From an uncultured Spirochaetota bacterium (lineage in GTDB: Bacteria > Spirochaetota > Spirochaetia > SZUA-6 > Fen-1364): 64,000 bases of DNA. A program made the position numbers and the translations under genes. Of this stretch, positions 28,002 through 37,385 are shown piece after piece (the stretch's first letter is position 1; the number at the start of each line of letters is the position of its first letter). The notes below the pieces were generated by a model that saw only the letters and a list, made by a program, of their open reading frames with translations, was not told the origin of the DNA and did no database searches. The stretch covers positions 32,001 to 96,000 of the forward strand of contig CAVTHO010000009.1 of the NCBI GenBank assembly GCA_963734545.1, given 5' to 3'.

Positions 28002-29811
28002 CTATCCGATCCTTCAGAATGCCCCTGCGCGCGCCCAGCATCTCGCGGTCAAGCGCAAAGAGGGGACTGATTTCGATCGCGTGGAGGGACTTCCCGTTTC
28101 CGTCCCGGGGTACCTCGACGCCGCACGCCGTGAGCCACCGGGCTGCGCGCTCCACCTGGCCCCGCAGGCAGGTCTCGACCGAGTCGACCCCCTCACGGTT
28201 CTTCAGGGGAGCGAACTCCTCCGCGCGCTCGGTCTCGAAAAACAGGGCGCTTCCCGCTGCGGGGATCGCATCGAATATGAACATCTCCATCTTGACGGCG
28301 TCTCTCTCTACAATTTCGGTCCCTTCCGGGGTGGGATTGAGCACCCTCGCCTTCTTGCGCGCGATGTGCCAGGGAAGCAGCAACGCGGGATTCGCGAGAA
28401 ACGCCACCTCGAGGATGTGTATGGCAATCGAACCCTGGGAGTAGAGAAGCTTCCCATCCGCGCCCCGCGCCTGCATGAGGGCTTCGTCAAGGTCGGAGTA
28501 TTCGATCACGGCCTGCTTCCCGCCCATTGTCACGATGGTCCCGAGCTTCTCCTCCGGATAGGCTTTCTCGATCACCTTGGAGGAGATCCGGGCCCCCTCG
28601 CGGCAGTGGAATCCCAGGAAGCATGGATCCGGCGCGCGTACGAGGGGATTGTCTACCTGCCAGTAGAATAGCTGCTCCACGCCCTGCTGCTGCATGGCTG
28701 CCAGGCTGCCGGAACGGCGCAGGGCGCCGATTACCCCGCCGTGACCGTCGGGATTGACCAGGAGGCCGCCATCAGGCGCCAGGAGCAGCCGTCCATCGGG
28801 TGACAGCGACGGAAGGGAGCCCTGCATGAACAGGCGCACCGTGTCGCACCCGAGCCCGAACCAATCCTGCTTCTCGAAGTATTCCTGGGTTGCGCCGTGA
28901 TTCTGCGGTCCCGTCATGATCAGCCATGGAATATCCACGCCGTACCTGCGCCTGGCGGCAAGAAGGTCTTCAGCGAACCAGGCGAACAGGCTCAAATGGC
29001 GCAGCGGCGTGACTGGAAACATGCCCTTGGGTCCGTCGAATCCGAGCCTCGAGCCCTGTCCGCCTGCCACCGTGAGGAAGGCCGTCCGGCCCCGCCGGAT
29101 GCGATCCTCCCCCAGATCCGCCGCCTCCCGGTCCGTGCTGCTCTGCTGAAGCGATACGTACGGGGCAGGGACAAGGTCCGCAGACCGTACGCCGCGCATT
29201 TCTTCCCGGCGCGGTACGGCGTCCTCGCCGAACGGGTACTCCCGTGCTCCGCGCATTTCCTCCTGCGCGAGCCTTGCGCGGAGCTGCCGGACAAGACCGA
29301 GGTCGAGCGAGGCGAGATCATCGAGAAGCCTTTTTCTCATGTGCTCCGGGCGCGCGGGCCAGTGCGCAAACAAGTGTTCCTGTCCCATCGCGCTGAGCTT
29401 TTCCCTGACATCCCCGCGCGCACCTGAGGGTTTTTCCGTCCGCGCACGTGCGGGTTTTTCTTCCAAGTCTTCCCCCTCACCCACGGAGTTTCCGCCATGC
29501 GCCCGCCGCACGGTCATGAGGGCGTCGATCAGGTCCGCGCGCATCTCGGAGAAGCGCGCGGCCAGGTCCGGGTCAGCCGTGGCACCCAACTCCTCCCACA
29601 ACCTCCCCTTGGCGCCCTCGATCGTGAACTTCTTGTCGTACAGGAGGTGACGGAATCTCATCAGGAGCCGGATCTCGTTTCCCGAATACTCGCGCCGGCC
29701 CGAGAGGCCCTTTCTCGGGGAGAGGAGGGGCAGCTCGCTCTCCCAGTAGCGGATCACGTGCGGCTTCACTCCGAGGAACCGGGCCACCTCCCCGATGCTC
29801 CACGATTTCAT
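27979..29811 (-). CDS. MerR-family HTH domain in frame with UDPGP-family (UAP1-like) nucleotidyltransferase; may be two genes
   Basis: SIGEVA..LGVKPHVIRYWE; AGGQGSRLGFDGPKG, PDGHGG, QVDNP, EYS, KMEMFIFD, EEFAPLKN. Confidence 0.85.
   Translation of the reverse strand: MKSWSIGEVARFLGVKPHVIRYWESELPLLSPRKGLSGRREYSGNEIRLLMRFRHLLYDKKFTIEGAKGRLWEELGATADPDLAARFSEMRADLIDALMTVRRAHGGNSVGEGEDLEEKPARARTEKPSGARGDVREKLSAMGQEHLFAHWPARPEHMRKRLLDDLASLDLGLVRQLRARLAQEEMRGAREYPFGEDAVPRREEMRGVRSADLVPAPYVSLQQSSTDREAADLGEDRIRRGRTAFLTVAGGQGSRLGFDGPKGMFPVTPLRHLSLFAWFAEDLLAARRRYGVDIPWLIMTGPQNHGATQEYFEKQDWFGLGCDTVRLFMQGSLPSLSPDGRLLLAPDGGLLVNPDGHGGVIGALRRSGSLAAMQQQGVEQLFYWQVDNPLVRAPDPCFLGFHCREGARISSKVIEKAYPEEKLGTIVTMGGKQAVIEYSDLDEALMQARGADGKLLYSQGSIAIHILEVAFLANPALLLPWHIARKKARVLNPTPEGTEIVERDAVKMEMFIFDAIPAAGSALFFETERAEEFAPLKNREGVDSVETCLRGQVERAARWLTACGVEVPRDGNGKSLHAIEISPLFALDREMLGARRGILKDRIDEDTLLV
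29185..29265. repeat. TACN-hairpin family: partial unit plus loop-expanded unit, in frame inside the nucleotidyltransferase
   Basis: CCGCGCATTTC at 29192 and 29249 (57 = 27+30); encodes EEMRGAREYPFGEDAVPRREEMRGVR. Confidence 0.85.
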
Positions 29812-31244
29812 CGCACGCGCTTCCTGCTCTGTCGGAACTCTATCCCGACGGGCACCCGCGGCACGCCCAGGTCCCTGCGAATGCAGTTTTCGAGGTACTG
29901 GGTGTAGGAAACCGGAAAGCCCGACAGGCGGTTGACGAACACGACGAACCGAACAGGGTTCGCGCTGATCTGCGTCATGAATCGTATCTTATAGTTTTTC
30001 CCCCGCACGGGAAGACGGTAGTGCGCGCTCCATGCCTCCAGCGCCTGGTTCAGTCTGCCGGTCCCGACCCGGCGGTGAAGCTGGCTCCACACCTCCAGGG
30101 CGGTGTCCAGGAGGGAACGTACGCCGAAGCCGGTGAGGGCGGACACCGGGACGATCGGCGCGAATCCGAGCACGGGAAACTGGAACCGCACTTTCTCGCT
30201 CACCTCTTCCAGGAGCCGGGGCGTGTTCTTCAGGAGGTCCCACTTGCTCAGCACGATGACCACGCCCCTGCCTTCTTTCACCGCCTGGCCCGCAATCTTC
30301 TTGTCCTGGTCCACCAGGCCCTCCGTGGCGTCGATCATCAGGAATACCAGGTCCGCCCTCCCGATACTTTCGATGGCCCTGTTCACCGAGTAGTACTCCA
30401 CGGGATCCTGCACCCTGCTCTTGCGGCGGATGCCCGCCGTGTCCAGGACCTGGAAAGTCTTCCCGCGATGAAGAAAGCTTCCCTCCACCACGTCGCGGGT
30501 CGTGCCCGGCACGGAGGAAACAATCGAGCCGTCCTCACCGGTCAGCCGATTGGCCAGGCTGGACTTCCCCGTATTGGGCTTTCCCAGGATTGCAATACGC
30601 ACGATCTCGTCTTCTGCCGCCCGGACCGGCCGCGCCCGGGTCCGGGGCGCCGCGGCCTGCTCCTCCGCAGAGAGCGGCGCCTCGAGCTGCGCTTCCAGCA
30701 ACCCGGCTACCGTCTCCTTCAGCCGGTCCAGACCCCTGCCGTGAGCTGCGGAGACGCCGATGACATTGGGAAATCCATGCGCGTGAGCGTTCCAGACGAG
30801 CAGGTCGCGATCCGGAGTATCGACCTTGTTCACCACGAGCAGGAGCTTTTCGGCGCAGGGACGCAGACGGCGGATGAACTCCTCGTCCTCCGGAGTGGTT
30901 TCCACGGCGTCCAGCACCAGGAGAACGAGATCAGCCTCCCGCGCGGTCTTCAGGCTCCTCGCCGCCACCACGCCGTCCAGCCCTTCCGCGCCGCTCGTAT
31001 AGCCGCCCGTATCCACGAGCGTCATGCGCGCGCCGCCGAGCGTGCACTCCACCTCGATGGGATCACGCGTGACGCCGGGATCGGAATAGGTGATGGCGCG
31101 CCTTCGCCCCAGGAGCACGTTGAAGAGCGTGGATTTGCCGACGTTCGGTCTGCCGAGAATCGCCACGCGGGGATAGCGCGCGGGCTCGCGCCGGGTGAAA
31201 TGCGCAGGCTCGCGCCGGGGGAGCTTACCAGGTGGAGAAGTCAA
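29808..31244 (-). CDS. der: Ribosome biogenesis GTPase Der (EngA)
   Basis: Two G domains: GRPNVGKS/DTGG/NKVD and GKPNTGKS/DTAG/SKWD. Confidence 0.95.
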   Translation of the reverse strand: MTSPPGKLPRREPAHFTRREPARYPRVAILGRPNVGKSTLFNVLLGRRRAITYSDPGVTRDPIEVECTLGGARMTLVDTGGYTSGAEGLDGVVAARSLKTAREADLVLLVLDAVETTPEDEEFIRRLRPCAEKLLLVVNKVDTPDRDLLVWNAHAHGFPNVIGVSAAHGRGLDRLKETVAGLLEAQLEAPLSAEEQAAAPRTRARPVRAAEDEIVRIAILGKPNTGKSSLANRLTGEDGSIVSSVPGTTRDVVEGSFLHRGKTFQVLDTAGIRRKSRVQDPVEYYSVNRAIESIGRADLVFLMIDATEGLVDQDKKIAGQAVKEGRGVVIVLSKWDLLKNTPRLLEEVSEKVRFQFPVLGFAPIVPVSALTGFGVRSLLDTALEVWSQLHRRVGTGRLNQALEAWSAHYRLPVRGKNYKIRFMTQISANPVRFVVFVNRLSGFPVSYTQYLENCIRRDLGVPRVPVGIEFRQSRKRVR

Positions 31245-32945
31245 GCCGATCCTCCATCCACCGCCGAACAGCGCTCTCTATCTCCGCCCCCGAACCCATG
31301 GGTACGAGGCTGCGCACGAACGCCTCTGCCTCCATGATCCCCACCGAGCGCACGATCCTCTTGATCAGGGGTATGCCGATGGGACCCATGGAGAAGCTGT
31401 CCAGGCCGAGACCGAGCAGCACCACGGTGGCAAGGGGATCTCCGGCAAGCTCGCCGCACATGCCCACGGGAATCCCCCGCGCGTGGGCGTTCTCGATCGT
31501 CGTGCGGATCAGGCGGAGGACGCCGGGATGGAAGGGCTCATAGAGATAGGCAACCTTTTCGTTTCCCCGGTCCACGGCGAGGGTGTACTGGATCAGGTCG
31601 TTCGTGCCTATCGAGAAGAACTCCGATCGCGTCGCCAGGATGTCGGAAGTGATCGCCGCGGAGGGAACCTCGATCATGATACCGACCGGCACGTCCTCCC
31701 GGAACGGCAGCCCCTCCCGGGCGAGCTCGGCCTTCACCTCAGCCAGGATTTCACTGATCCGGTCGAGCTCGCCCGGCCCGGAGATCAGAGGGAACATGAT
31801 GCGAAGAGAGCCGTGCACCGAGGCGCGCAGGAGGGCGCGCAGCTGGGTGCGGAAGATTTCCGGCCGCGCGAGGCAGAAGCGGATGGCCCGCCACCCGAGG
31901 AGCGGGTTGCTGTCTCCCGCCTGCTTGAAGCCGGGCATCACCTTGTCCCCGCCGAGATCGAGCGTGCGGATGGTGACGCTCCTGCCGCCGAGGGCAACGA
32001 GCACGGTCGTGTAGGCGGCGAGCTGTTCCTCTTCCGATGGGAACCGATTGGGCTGGATGAAAAGGAACTCCGAGCGGAACAGCCCGATGCCGTCCGCCCC
32101 GTGGGTCAGCACGGCCTCCGCTTCCTCGGGGATCTCGATGTTCGCTTCGATGGAAAGGCGCTTGCCGTCGACGGTCTCCGCGGGCAGATCCCTCTGTTCC
32201 TTGAGGAGGATGTATTTCTGCTCCCACACGCGCCTGCGCTCATCGTAGCGGTCCCGCGTGGCCTCGTCCGGGTTGACGATGACGGTGCCCCGGTTGCCGT
32301 CCACGATGATCTCGTCCCCGTGTGCACATTGCGGCTGATATCGGAGAGACCGAGCACCGCGGGAATTTCGCTGGCCCGCGCAAGGATGGCGGTGTGGGAG
32401 GTCTTGCCGCCGGCGTCCGCCGCGATTCCCAGCACGAGCTTCCTGTCCAGGCTGAGGGTGTCGGACGGCATGAGGTTGCGCGTCACGAGGATGGCCGGCT
32501 CACGCATGTCGGAGAGCCGCGCCCGCTCGTGGTACAGCAGACGGGCCAGGATCCTGTTGCCTGCATCATTCAGATCGATGGAGCGCTCGCGCAGGTACTG
32601 GCTGTCGGCTGCCGCGAGCTTGCCCGCCATTTCCTCCACGATCTGCAGGACGGCCCATTCCACGTTCCTCCCGTTTTCTTCCAGGGAGCAGCGGACCCTC
32701 TTCTTCAGCTCGGGGTCGTCGAACATCAGGAGCTGCGCTTCGAAGAGCGCCGCGTCGCGGCCGGATACAAGGCCTTTCACCTCGGCGGACGCCTTCTCCA
32801 GCGCGGCGAGAAACCTCCCGTACTCGAAGTCGACCTGCGAGGGGGCGATATCGTAGCGGGGAACGGAAACCTTGTCTTCCAGGAACAGGAAGGCTTTCCC
32901 CCGCGCGATGCCGGGAGAAGCGCTGATTCCCGTGAACTCCATCAT
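31225..32945 (-). CDS. ptsI: PTS Enzyme I; -1 frameshift in the G run at ~32316-32319
   Basis: GISASPGIA, TSHTAILAR (active His), GIGLFRSEF, RTLDLGGDK, SIGTNDLIQY, GMCGE. Confidence 0.93.
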
Positions 32946-32954
32946 GCGGCCATG

Positions 32955-32983
32955 AGTATAGCGGTATTCAATGGGGCTGTCAA
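32955..32983 (-). promoter_or_regulatory. Near-consensus promoter TTGACA-17-TATACT, 9 nt before the ptsI ATG
   Basis: Read directly; no SD. Confidence 0.8.
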
Positions 32984-33007
32984 ATTGACCGATCATATGA
33001 ACGAGAG

Positions 33008-33757
33008 ATGGCAAGAAAAAAGGGCTCCCGCGCAAAAGCCGCGCGTCATCGCGGCATCGGATTCCTCTTCTGGCTGTGCCTCGCCGCCATCCTGGTCGTG
33101 GTCGGGTACGTGGCGCAGCCGTCCCTGCGCGCCGCATTCGCACGGCTGACCGGAAACGGCGCCCCCTCCACCCCGTCGCCCGCCCCCTCGGCTCCCCAGG
33201 TGACGATACGCCCGCTGGAAAGGGACCGTCCGCAGGGAACCGACATTCCATCTCCCGCGGCAGAGCCGGCAACGGCGCGCGATGCAGTGAGTGCCGCGGA
33301 AAAGCCGTCGACACCTCCCGCGCAGAAACCTTCCACGCGCAAGGCCCGCCTGTTTTTCGTCTCGGTGGACCCGAACGGCAGACTCTCGTCGAAAAGCGTG
33401 ATCCGTTCCGTGCAGGCGAGCGATTCGCCGCTGCGGGACACGCTGGAAACGCTCCTCAAGGGCCCCACCTCGCCGGAGCTCAACAGCGGACTGCTGACGA
33501 TGATTCCCCTTGAAGCCAGGCTTCTGGGCGTGACTGTCCGCGAGGACACGGCCTACATCGACTTCAGCGAGAGCTTTCGGTTCAACACGCAGGGTACCGA
33601 GGCGCTGGACGCCCAGGTCAAACAGGTGGTGTACGCCGCCACGGAGTTCCCGAACGTGAAGAAGGTTCAAATCCTCATTGAAGGGAAAAAAGTGCGCTCG
33701 CTGGGAGCCGAGGGAACACGGATCGACTCGACACTCACGCGCGCGTCATTCCAGTAG
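33008..33757 (+). CDS. GerMN domain membrane protein
   Basis: TM, Pro-rich linker, LLKGPT..E, AYIDFS, QVVYAATEFPNVKKVQILIEG. Confidence 0.85.
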   Translation: MARKKGSRAKAARHRGIGFLFWLCLAAILVVVGYVAQPSLRAAFARLTGNGAPSTPSPAPSAPQVTIRPLERDRPQGTDIPSPAAEPATARDAVSAAEKPSTPPAQKPSTRKARLFFVSVDPNGRLSSKSVIRSVQASDSPLRDTLETLLKGPTSPELNSGLLTMIPLEARLLGVTVREDTAYIDFSESFRFNTQGTEALDAQVKQVVYAATEFPNVKKVQILIEGKKVRSLGAEGTRIDSTLTRASFQ

Positions 33758-34640
33758 AAGCTTTCGCACGATCGAGTCCCTCCCGGCCGCATCCTGGCCT
33801 CCGCCGAGACGAAGAAGAAAGAGAAACTCCCTGTTGCCTTTTCTGCCGCGAAGGGGGGACTCCATCGCGTCCTCCACTCCCACACCTTCGTCCGACAGCC
33901 CTGCAATGAGATCCGTGAGAATATCGCGAAGCGCGCCCTTTCCCTGCACGACCCCCCTGAAGTCCCGGGGCGGGCGCCTGTATTCGAACTGCGGCTTGAC
34001 CAGGAAAATTCCGCGTCTCGCCGCGGTGAGCCCCAATATATGCGCTGCTGCCTGGCGGATCGAGCGGAAAGACAGATCTGCCGCCGCGCTGTCGGGAACA
34101 GGATCAAGGTCAAGAGCCCGCACCGTCATGACGTTCGTGGATTCCATCACGCGCACTCTCAGGTCGGCGCGCAGCCGCCAGTCGAGCTGGTTTTCTCCGA
34201 CATCGATTGCGTACACCAGGGATGCGCCGCGGCGCAGCAGGCAATCGGTGAATCCGCCTGTGGAGCTGCCCGGCATCGATCCAGGTCGTTCCCGCGCAGG
34301 CGATTGCCCACAGGTCGAGGCCCGCCGCGAGCTTCTCCCCGCCGCGGGACACGTAGGGCGGCTTCTCGCGGACGCTGATCGCCGCGTCGGCGTGGACAAG
34401 AGTTCCCGGTTTCACGACCTTCTCTCCCCCCACCAGGACTTCCCCGCGGAGGATCTCCGCGAAAAGCTCCTTCTCGTCACGCGACGGGTAGATGGTCTTG
34501 AGCAGGTCGATGAGGCGGACCCTTCGGCGCGGTCCTCCGTGCATTTCTTCTCGGCGCGGTCCTCCGTGCATTTCTTCTCGGCGCGGTACCCCGCGCATTT
34601 CTTCTCGGCGCGGTACGGCGTGCTCGTTGCGCGGTCTCAC
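33746..34640 (-). CDS. tlyA: TlyA family rRNA (cytidine-2'-O)-methyltransferase; +1 frameshift at 34267-34273; repeat-derived N-terminus
   Basis: S4-like domain, YVSRGGEKL, D.GSSTGGFTD, DLSF, LVKPQFE, GNREF. Confidence 0.9.
34524..34634. repeat. TACN-hairpin family: 27-bp tandem units (3 complete plus the start of an expanded unit)
   Basis: TCGGCGCGGT at 34524, 34551, 34578, 34605. Confidence 0.93.
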
Positions 34641-34641
34641 G

Positions 34642-35451
34642 TCACACCGAGGACATTTGACGCACCCTCTCGATGCGCACCGCCTTGCCGCTCGCGGCAT
34701 CGATCTCGATCAGCACGCCCTGGATCTCCCCGATGGAGTTCTGCACTTCCATCTTGAGAGGCATCTGGGTGAGGCTGCGCGCGATGGCGGTTTCCTTTTT
34801 CATGCCGATAACACTGTCGACGGGACCCGTCATGCCGATGTCGGTGATGTACGCCGTCCCGCCGGAGAGGATCCGCTCATCCGCGGTCTGCACGTGCGTG
34901 TGGGTTCCGATGACCGCGGAGACTTCGCCGTTGAGGAACAGACCGAGGGCCTCTTTCTCCTCCACTGCTTCCGCGTGGAAATCGACGATCACCGCGTTCA
35001 CTTTGCTGCGGAACTGCTTCAGCAGAGCCTTGCCCACGTGCAGGGGATCCCGCAGAGGAGACAGGTTGACCCGTCCTTCGAGATTGATCACGAGGACGGC
35101 AGCGTCCCGCACGTTCACGATGCAGTGACCCTTGCCGGGAATTGCCCCGGCGCCCTGGATGATCGGATAGTTCTCGGGCCGCAGCAGCGTGTCGTTCGTG
35201 GACAGGAGCGGGAGGATCTCCCGCTTCTGCCAGATGTGGTTTCCCGATGTGATGACGTGCACGCCTGACTTGAACATGCGCTCGGCGATTTCCGGCGTCA
35301 GGCCGAAGCCGTCAGCGGCATTTTCCCCGTTGGCAATGACGAGGTCCGCCCCTACGCGGCGTATCATGTCCGGCAGCCCGATGAAAAGGGCCCTGCATCC
35401 CGGCTGTCCCACGACATCACCCAGGATGAGGGCCTTGATGGCGCGCGTCAC
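34642..35451 (-). CDS. ymdB: YmdB/TIGR00282 metallophosphoesterase
   Basis: GDVVGQPG, NGEN, SGNH, DFHAEA..EK, GTHTHVQTAD, DIGMTG. Confidence 0.92.
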   Translation of the reverse strand: MTRAIKALILGDVVGQPGCRALFIGLPDMIRRVGADLVIANGENAADGFGLTPEIAERMFKSGVHVITSGNHIWQKREILPLLSTNDTLLRPENYPIIQGAGAIPGKGHCIVNVRDAAVLVINLEGRVNLSPLRDPLHVGKALLKQFRSKVNAVIVDFHAEAVEEKEALGLFLNGEVSAVIGTHTHVQTADERILSGGTAYITDIGMTGPVDSVIGMKKETAIARSLTQMPLKMEVQNSIGEIQGVLIEIDAASGKAVRIERVRQMSSV

Positions 35452-35454
35452 TTT

Positions 35455-35612
35455 GCGCGCGCCCTAGCCCGCACCGCCCGAAGGGCGTAGCCAGGGATGG
35501 CGAGGTCGGCCGAGGCCATGGATGGCCGAAAGGCCGACGCGGTATCCGTAGGGCGGCAGGCGCGCAGGGCGCGCAACTCCGCAAGGAGCGGAAGGGAGCC
35601 CACGCGCCGGGC
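35455..35612. repeat. Multi-hairpin palindromic intergenic element; shares 23 bp with 37280-37302
   Basis: GCCCGAAGGGC, GCCAGGGATGGC, GGCCATGGATGGCC, GGCCGAAAGGCC, CTCCGCAAGGAG; ATCCGTAGGGCGGCAGGCGCGCA at 35544. Confidence 0.7.
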
Positions 35613-35648
35613 CTAAATGTCTCTTGCGTGCCATCGCCCTACACGATC

Positions 35649-37175
35649 CTAGCGAGCGTACTCGACGACGCGCATTTCCCGGATTATCGTGACCTTGATC
35701 CTGCCCGGGTACTTCAGCTCGCTCTCGATGCGCTTGGCGATATTCTTCGCGAGCTCCTTGGCCGCGTCGTCGCTTATCTTCTCGTTGTTCACGAGGATGC
35801 GCAGCTCGCGACCGGCCTGTATGGCGTACGCCTTGTCCACTCCCTCGAAGTCTTCCGCAATGGACTCGAGATTCTCGAGCCGCTTGAGATAGTTGTCCAG
35901 GGTCTCCTTGCGCGCGCCGGGCCGTGAGGCGGAGACGGCGTCCGCGATCTGCACGATCACCGCTTCGACGCTCTCCGGCTCCACGTCCCCGTGGTGCGCC
36001 CCGATGGCGTTGAGGACCCGTGGATCTTCCCCGAGCCGCCGCGCGAGATCCATGCCGACCTCGATGTGGTTTCCGTCGCCGTTGGCTTCGACACCCTTGC
36101 CGATATCGTGCAGGAGGGCTGCGCGCTTGGCCAGCTCGACGTTGGCGCCCACCTCGGAGGCAATCATCCCGGCGATGAGAGCGACCTCCTTGGAATGGGC
36201 CAGCACGTTCTGTCCGTAGCTCGTGCGGAAATGAAGGCGTCCCAGCGTGCGGATCGCTTCCGCGCTCATCGTGTGAATTCCCACTTCGAAGAGGACGCGC
36301 TCACCTTCTTCGTAGATGGTCTGGGTGATCTCCTTGGTGACTTTCTGGACGATCTCCTCGATCCGCGCGGGGTGGATCCTCCCGTCCGATATCAGCCGGC
36401 TGAGCGCCGTCTTGGCGATCTCCCGCCGTATGGGGTCGAAGCACGAGATGACGACCGCCTCCGGAGTATCGTCGATGATGATGTCGACTCCCGTCAGCGT
36501 TTCGAGGGTCCTGATGTTGCGCCCCTCGCGGCCGATGATGCGGCCTTTCATCTCGTCATTGGGAAGGCTCACCGTCGTCACCGTCACCTCGGAGGCAACG
36601 TCCGTTGCCAGTCTCTGGATCGTGGTGATGAGGATGTCGCGGGCTTTCTTGTCCGCCGCGAGCCTCGCTTCCTGCTCGATGAGATTGATCGTGACCTGCG
36701 CGTCGTGCCGCGCCTCGTTCTCCAGACTTTGCACGAGAAGCTTCTTTGCTTCCGCCCTGCTGAGACCGGAGACCCTCTCTAGTTCCGCGGCGACCCGCTC
36801 ACCTTCAAGCTGTAGTGCCGCCTCCTTGTCAGCGGCTGACCTCTCCCGGTTGCTGACCGTTCTCTCTTGCTTCTCAAGAGATTCTACGCGCTTTTCTAGG
36901 TTTTCTTCCTTCTGAAGGAGACGCCTTTCAACGCGCTGGAGCTCGATCCGGCGCTCCCGCGTCTCCTTTTCCAGCTGGTTGCGCTCCCGCAACAACTGGT
37001 CCTTGCTTTCAAGTATCGCCTCTTTCTTCTTAGCTTCCGCCTCTCTCAGCGCCTCGCCGACGATACGCGAGGCCTTTTGCTCGGACGATGAAAGCTGAAA
37101 TCGTGCGTAAAACCATCGAATTAGCCAACCTAGAAATACACCGGCGAGAGGAAGAATGAAGTACAGAATTACCAT
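35649..37175 (-). CDS. rny: Ribonuclease Y
   Basis: TM, coiled coil, KH (KGRIIGREGRNI), HD (LLHDIGK), SASRPGAR; GGAGGAAGG SD before ATG 37175. Confidence 0.97.
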   Translation of the reverse strand: MVILYFILPLAGVFLGWLIRWFYARFQLSSSEQKASRIVGEALREAEAKKKEAILESKDQLLRERNQLEKETRERRIELQRVERRLLQKEENLEKRVESLEKQERTVSNRERSAADKEAALQLEGERVAAELERVSGLSRAEAKKLLVQSLENEARHDAQVTINLIEQEARLAADKKARDILITTIQRLATDVASEVTVTTVSLPNDEMKGRIIGREGRNIRTLETLTGVDIIIDDTPEAVVISCFDPIRREIAKTALSRLISDGRIHPARIEEIVQKVTKEITQTIYEEGERVLFEVGIHTMSAEAIRTLGRLHFRTSYGQNVLAHSKEVALIAGMIASEVGANVELAKRAALLHDIGKGVEANGDGNHIEVGMDLARRLGEDPRVLNAIGAHHGDVEPESVEAVIVQIADAVSASRPGARKETLDNYLKRLENLESIAEDFEGVDKAYAIQAGRELRILVNNEKISDDAAKELAKNIAKRIESELKYPGRIKVTIIREMRVVEYAR

Positions 37176-37209
37176 TTCCTTCCTCCACCTGAACTGAATA
37201 TGCAAATAG

Positions 37210-37238
37210 AGATTAAATGAGAATCCTCCCTTTGTCAA
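37210..37238 (-). promoter_or_regulatory. rny promoter TTGACA-17-TAATCT
   Basis: Read directly. Confidence 0.75.
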
Positions 37239-37320
37239 GGACGCCCTGTCGTCCGTCCCCGGACTGGGCGTCCCTCGACATCCGTAGGGCGGCAGGCGCG
37301 CATGCACGCCGGGAGCCCCT
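37238..37320. repeat. Second, shorter copy of the element at 35455-35612
   Basis: Identical 23-mer at 37280-37302, plus the GGGAGCCC tail and hairpin GGACGCCC...GGGCGTCC. Confidence 0.65.
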
Positions 37321-37385
37321 GTCTATGGGGTAACGGTTTGCCGTTTTTTTTATTGCCCCTTTTATAGCACTATGAGCGTAACAAT

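Noticed and set aside
35455-35640. 6S RNA, tRNA or SRP RNA near rny
   Set aside because: No long rod with central bubble, no TTC/anticodon-arm pattern or CCA end, no SRP loop motif seen; kept only as an unassigned structured element.
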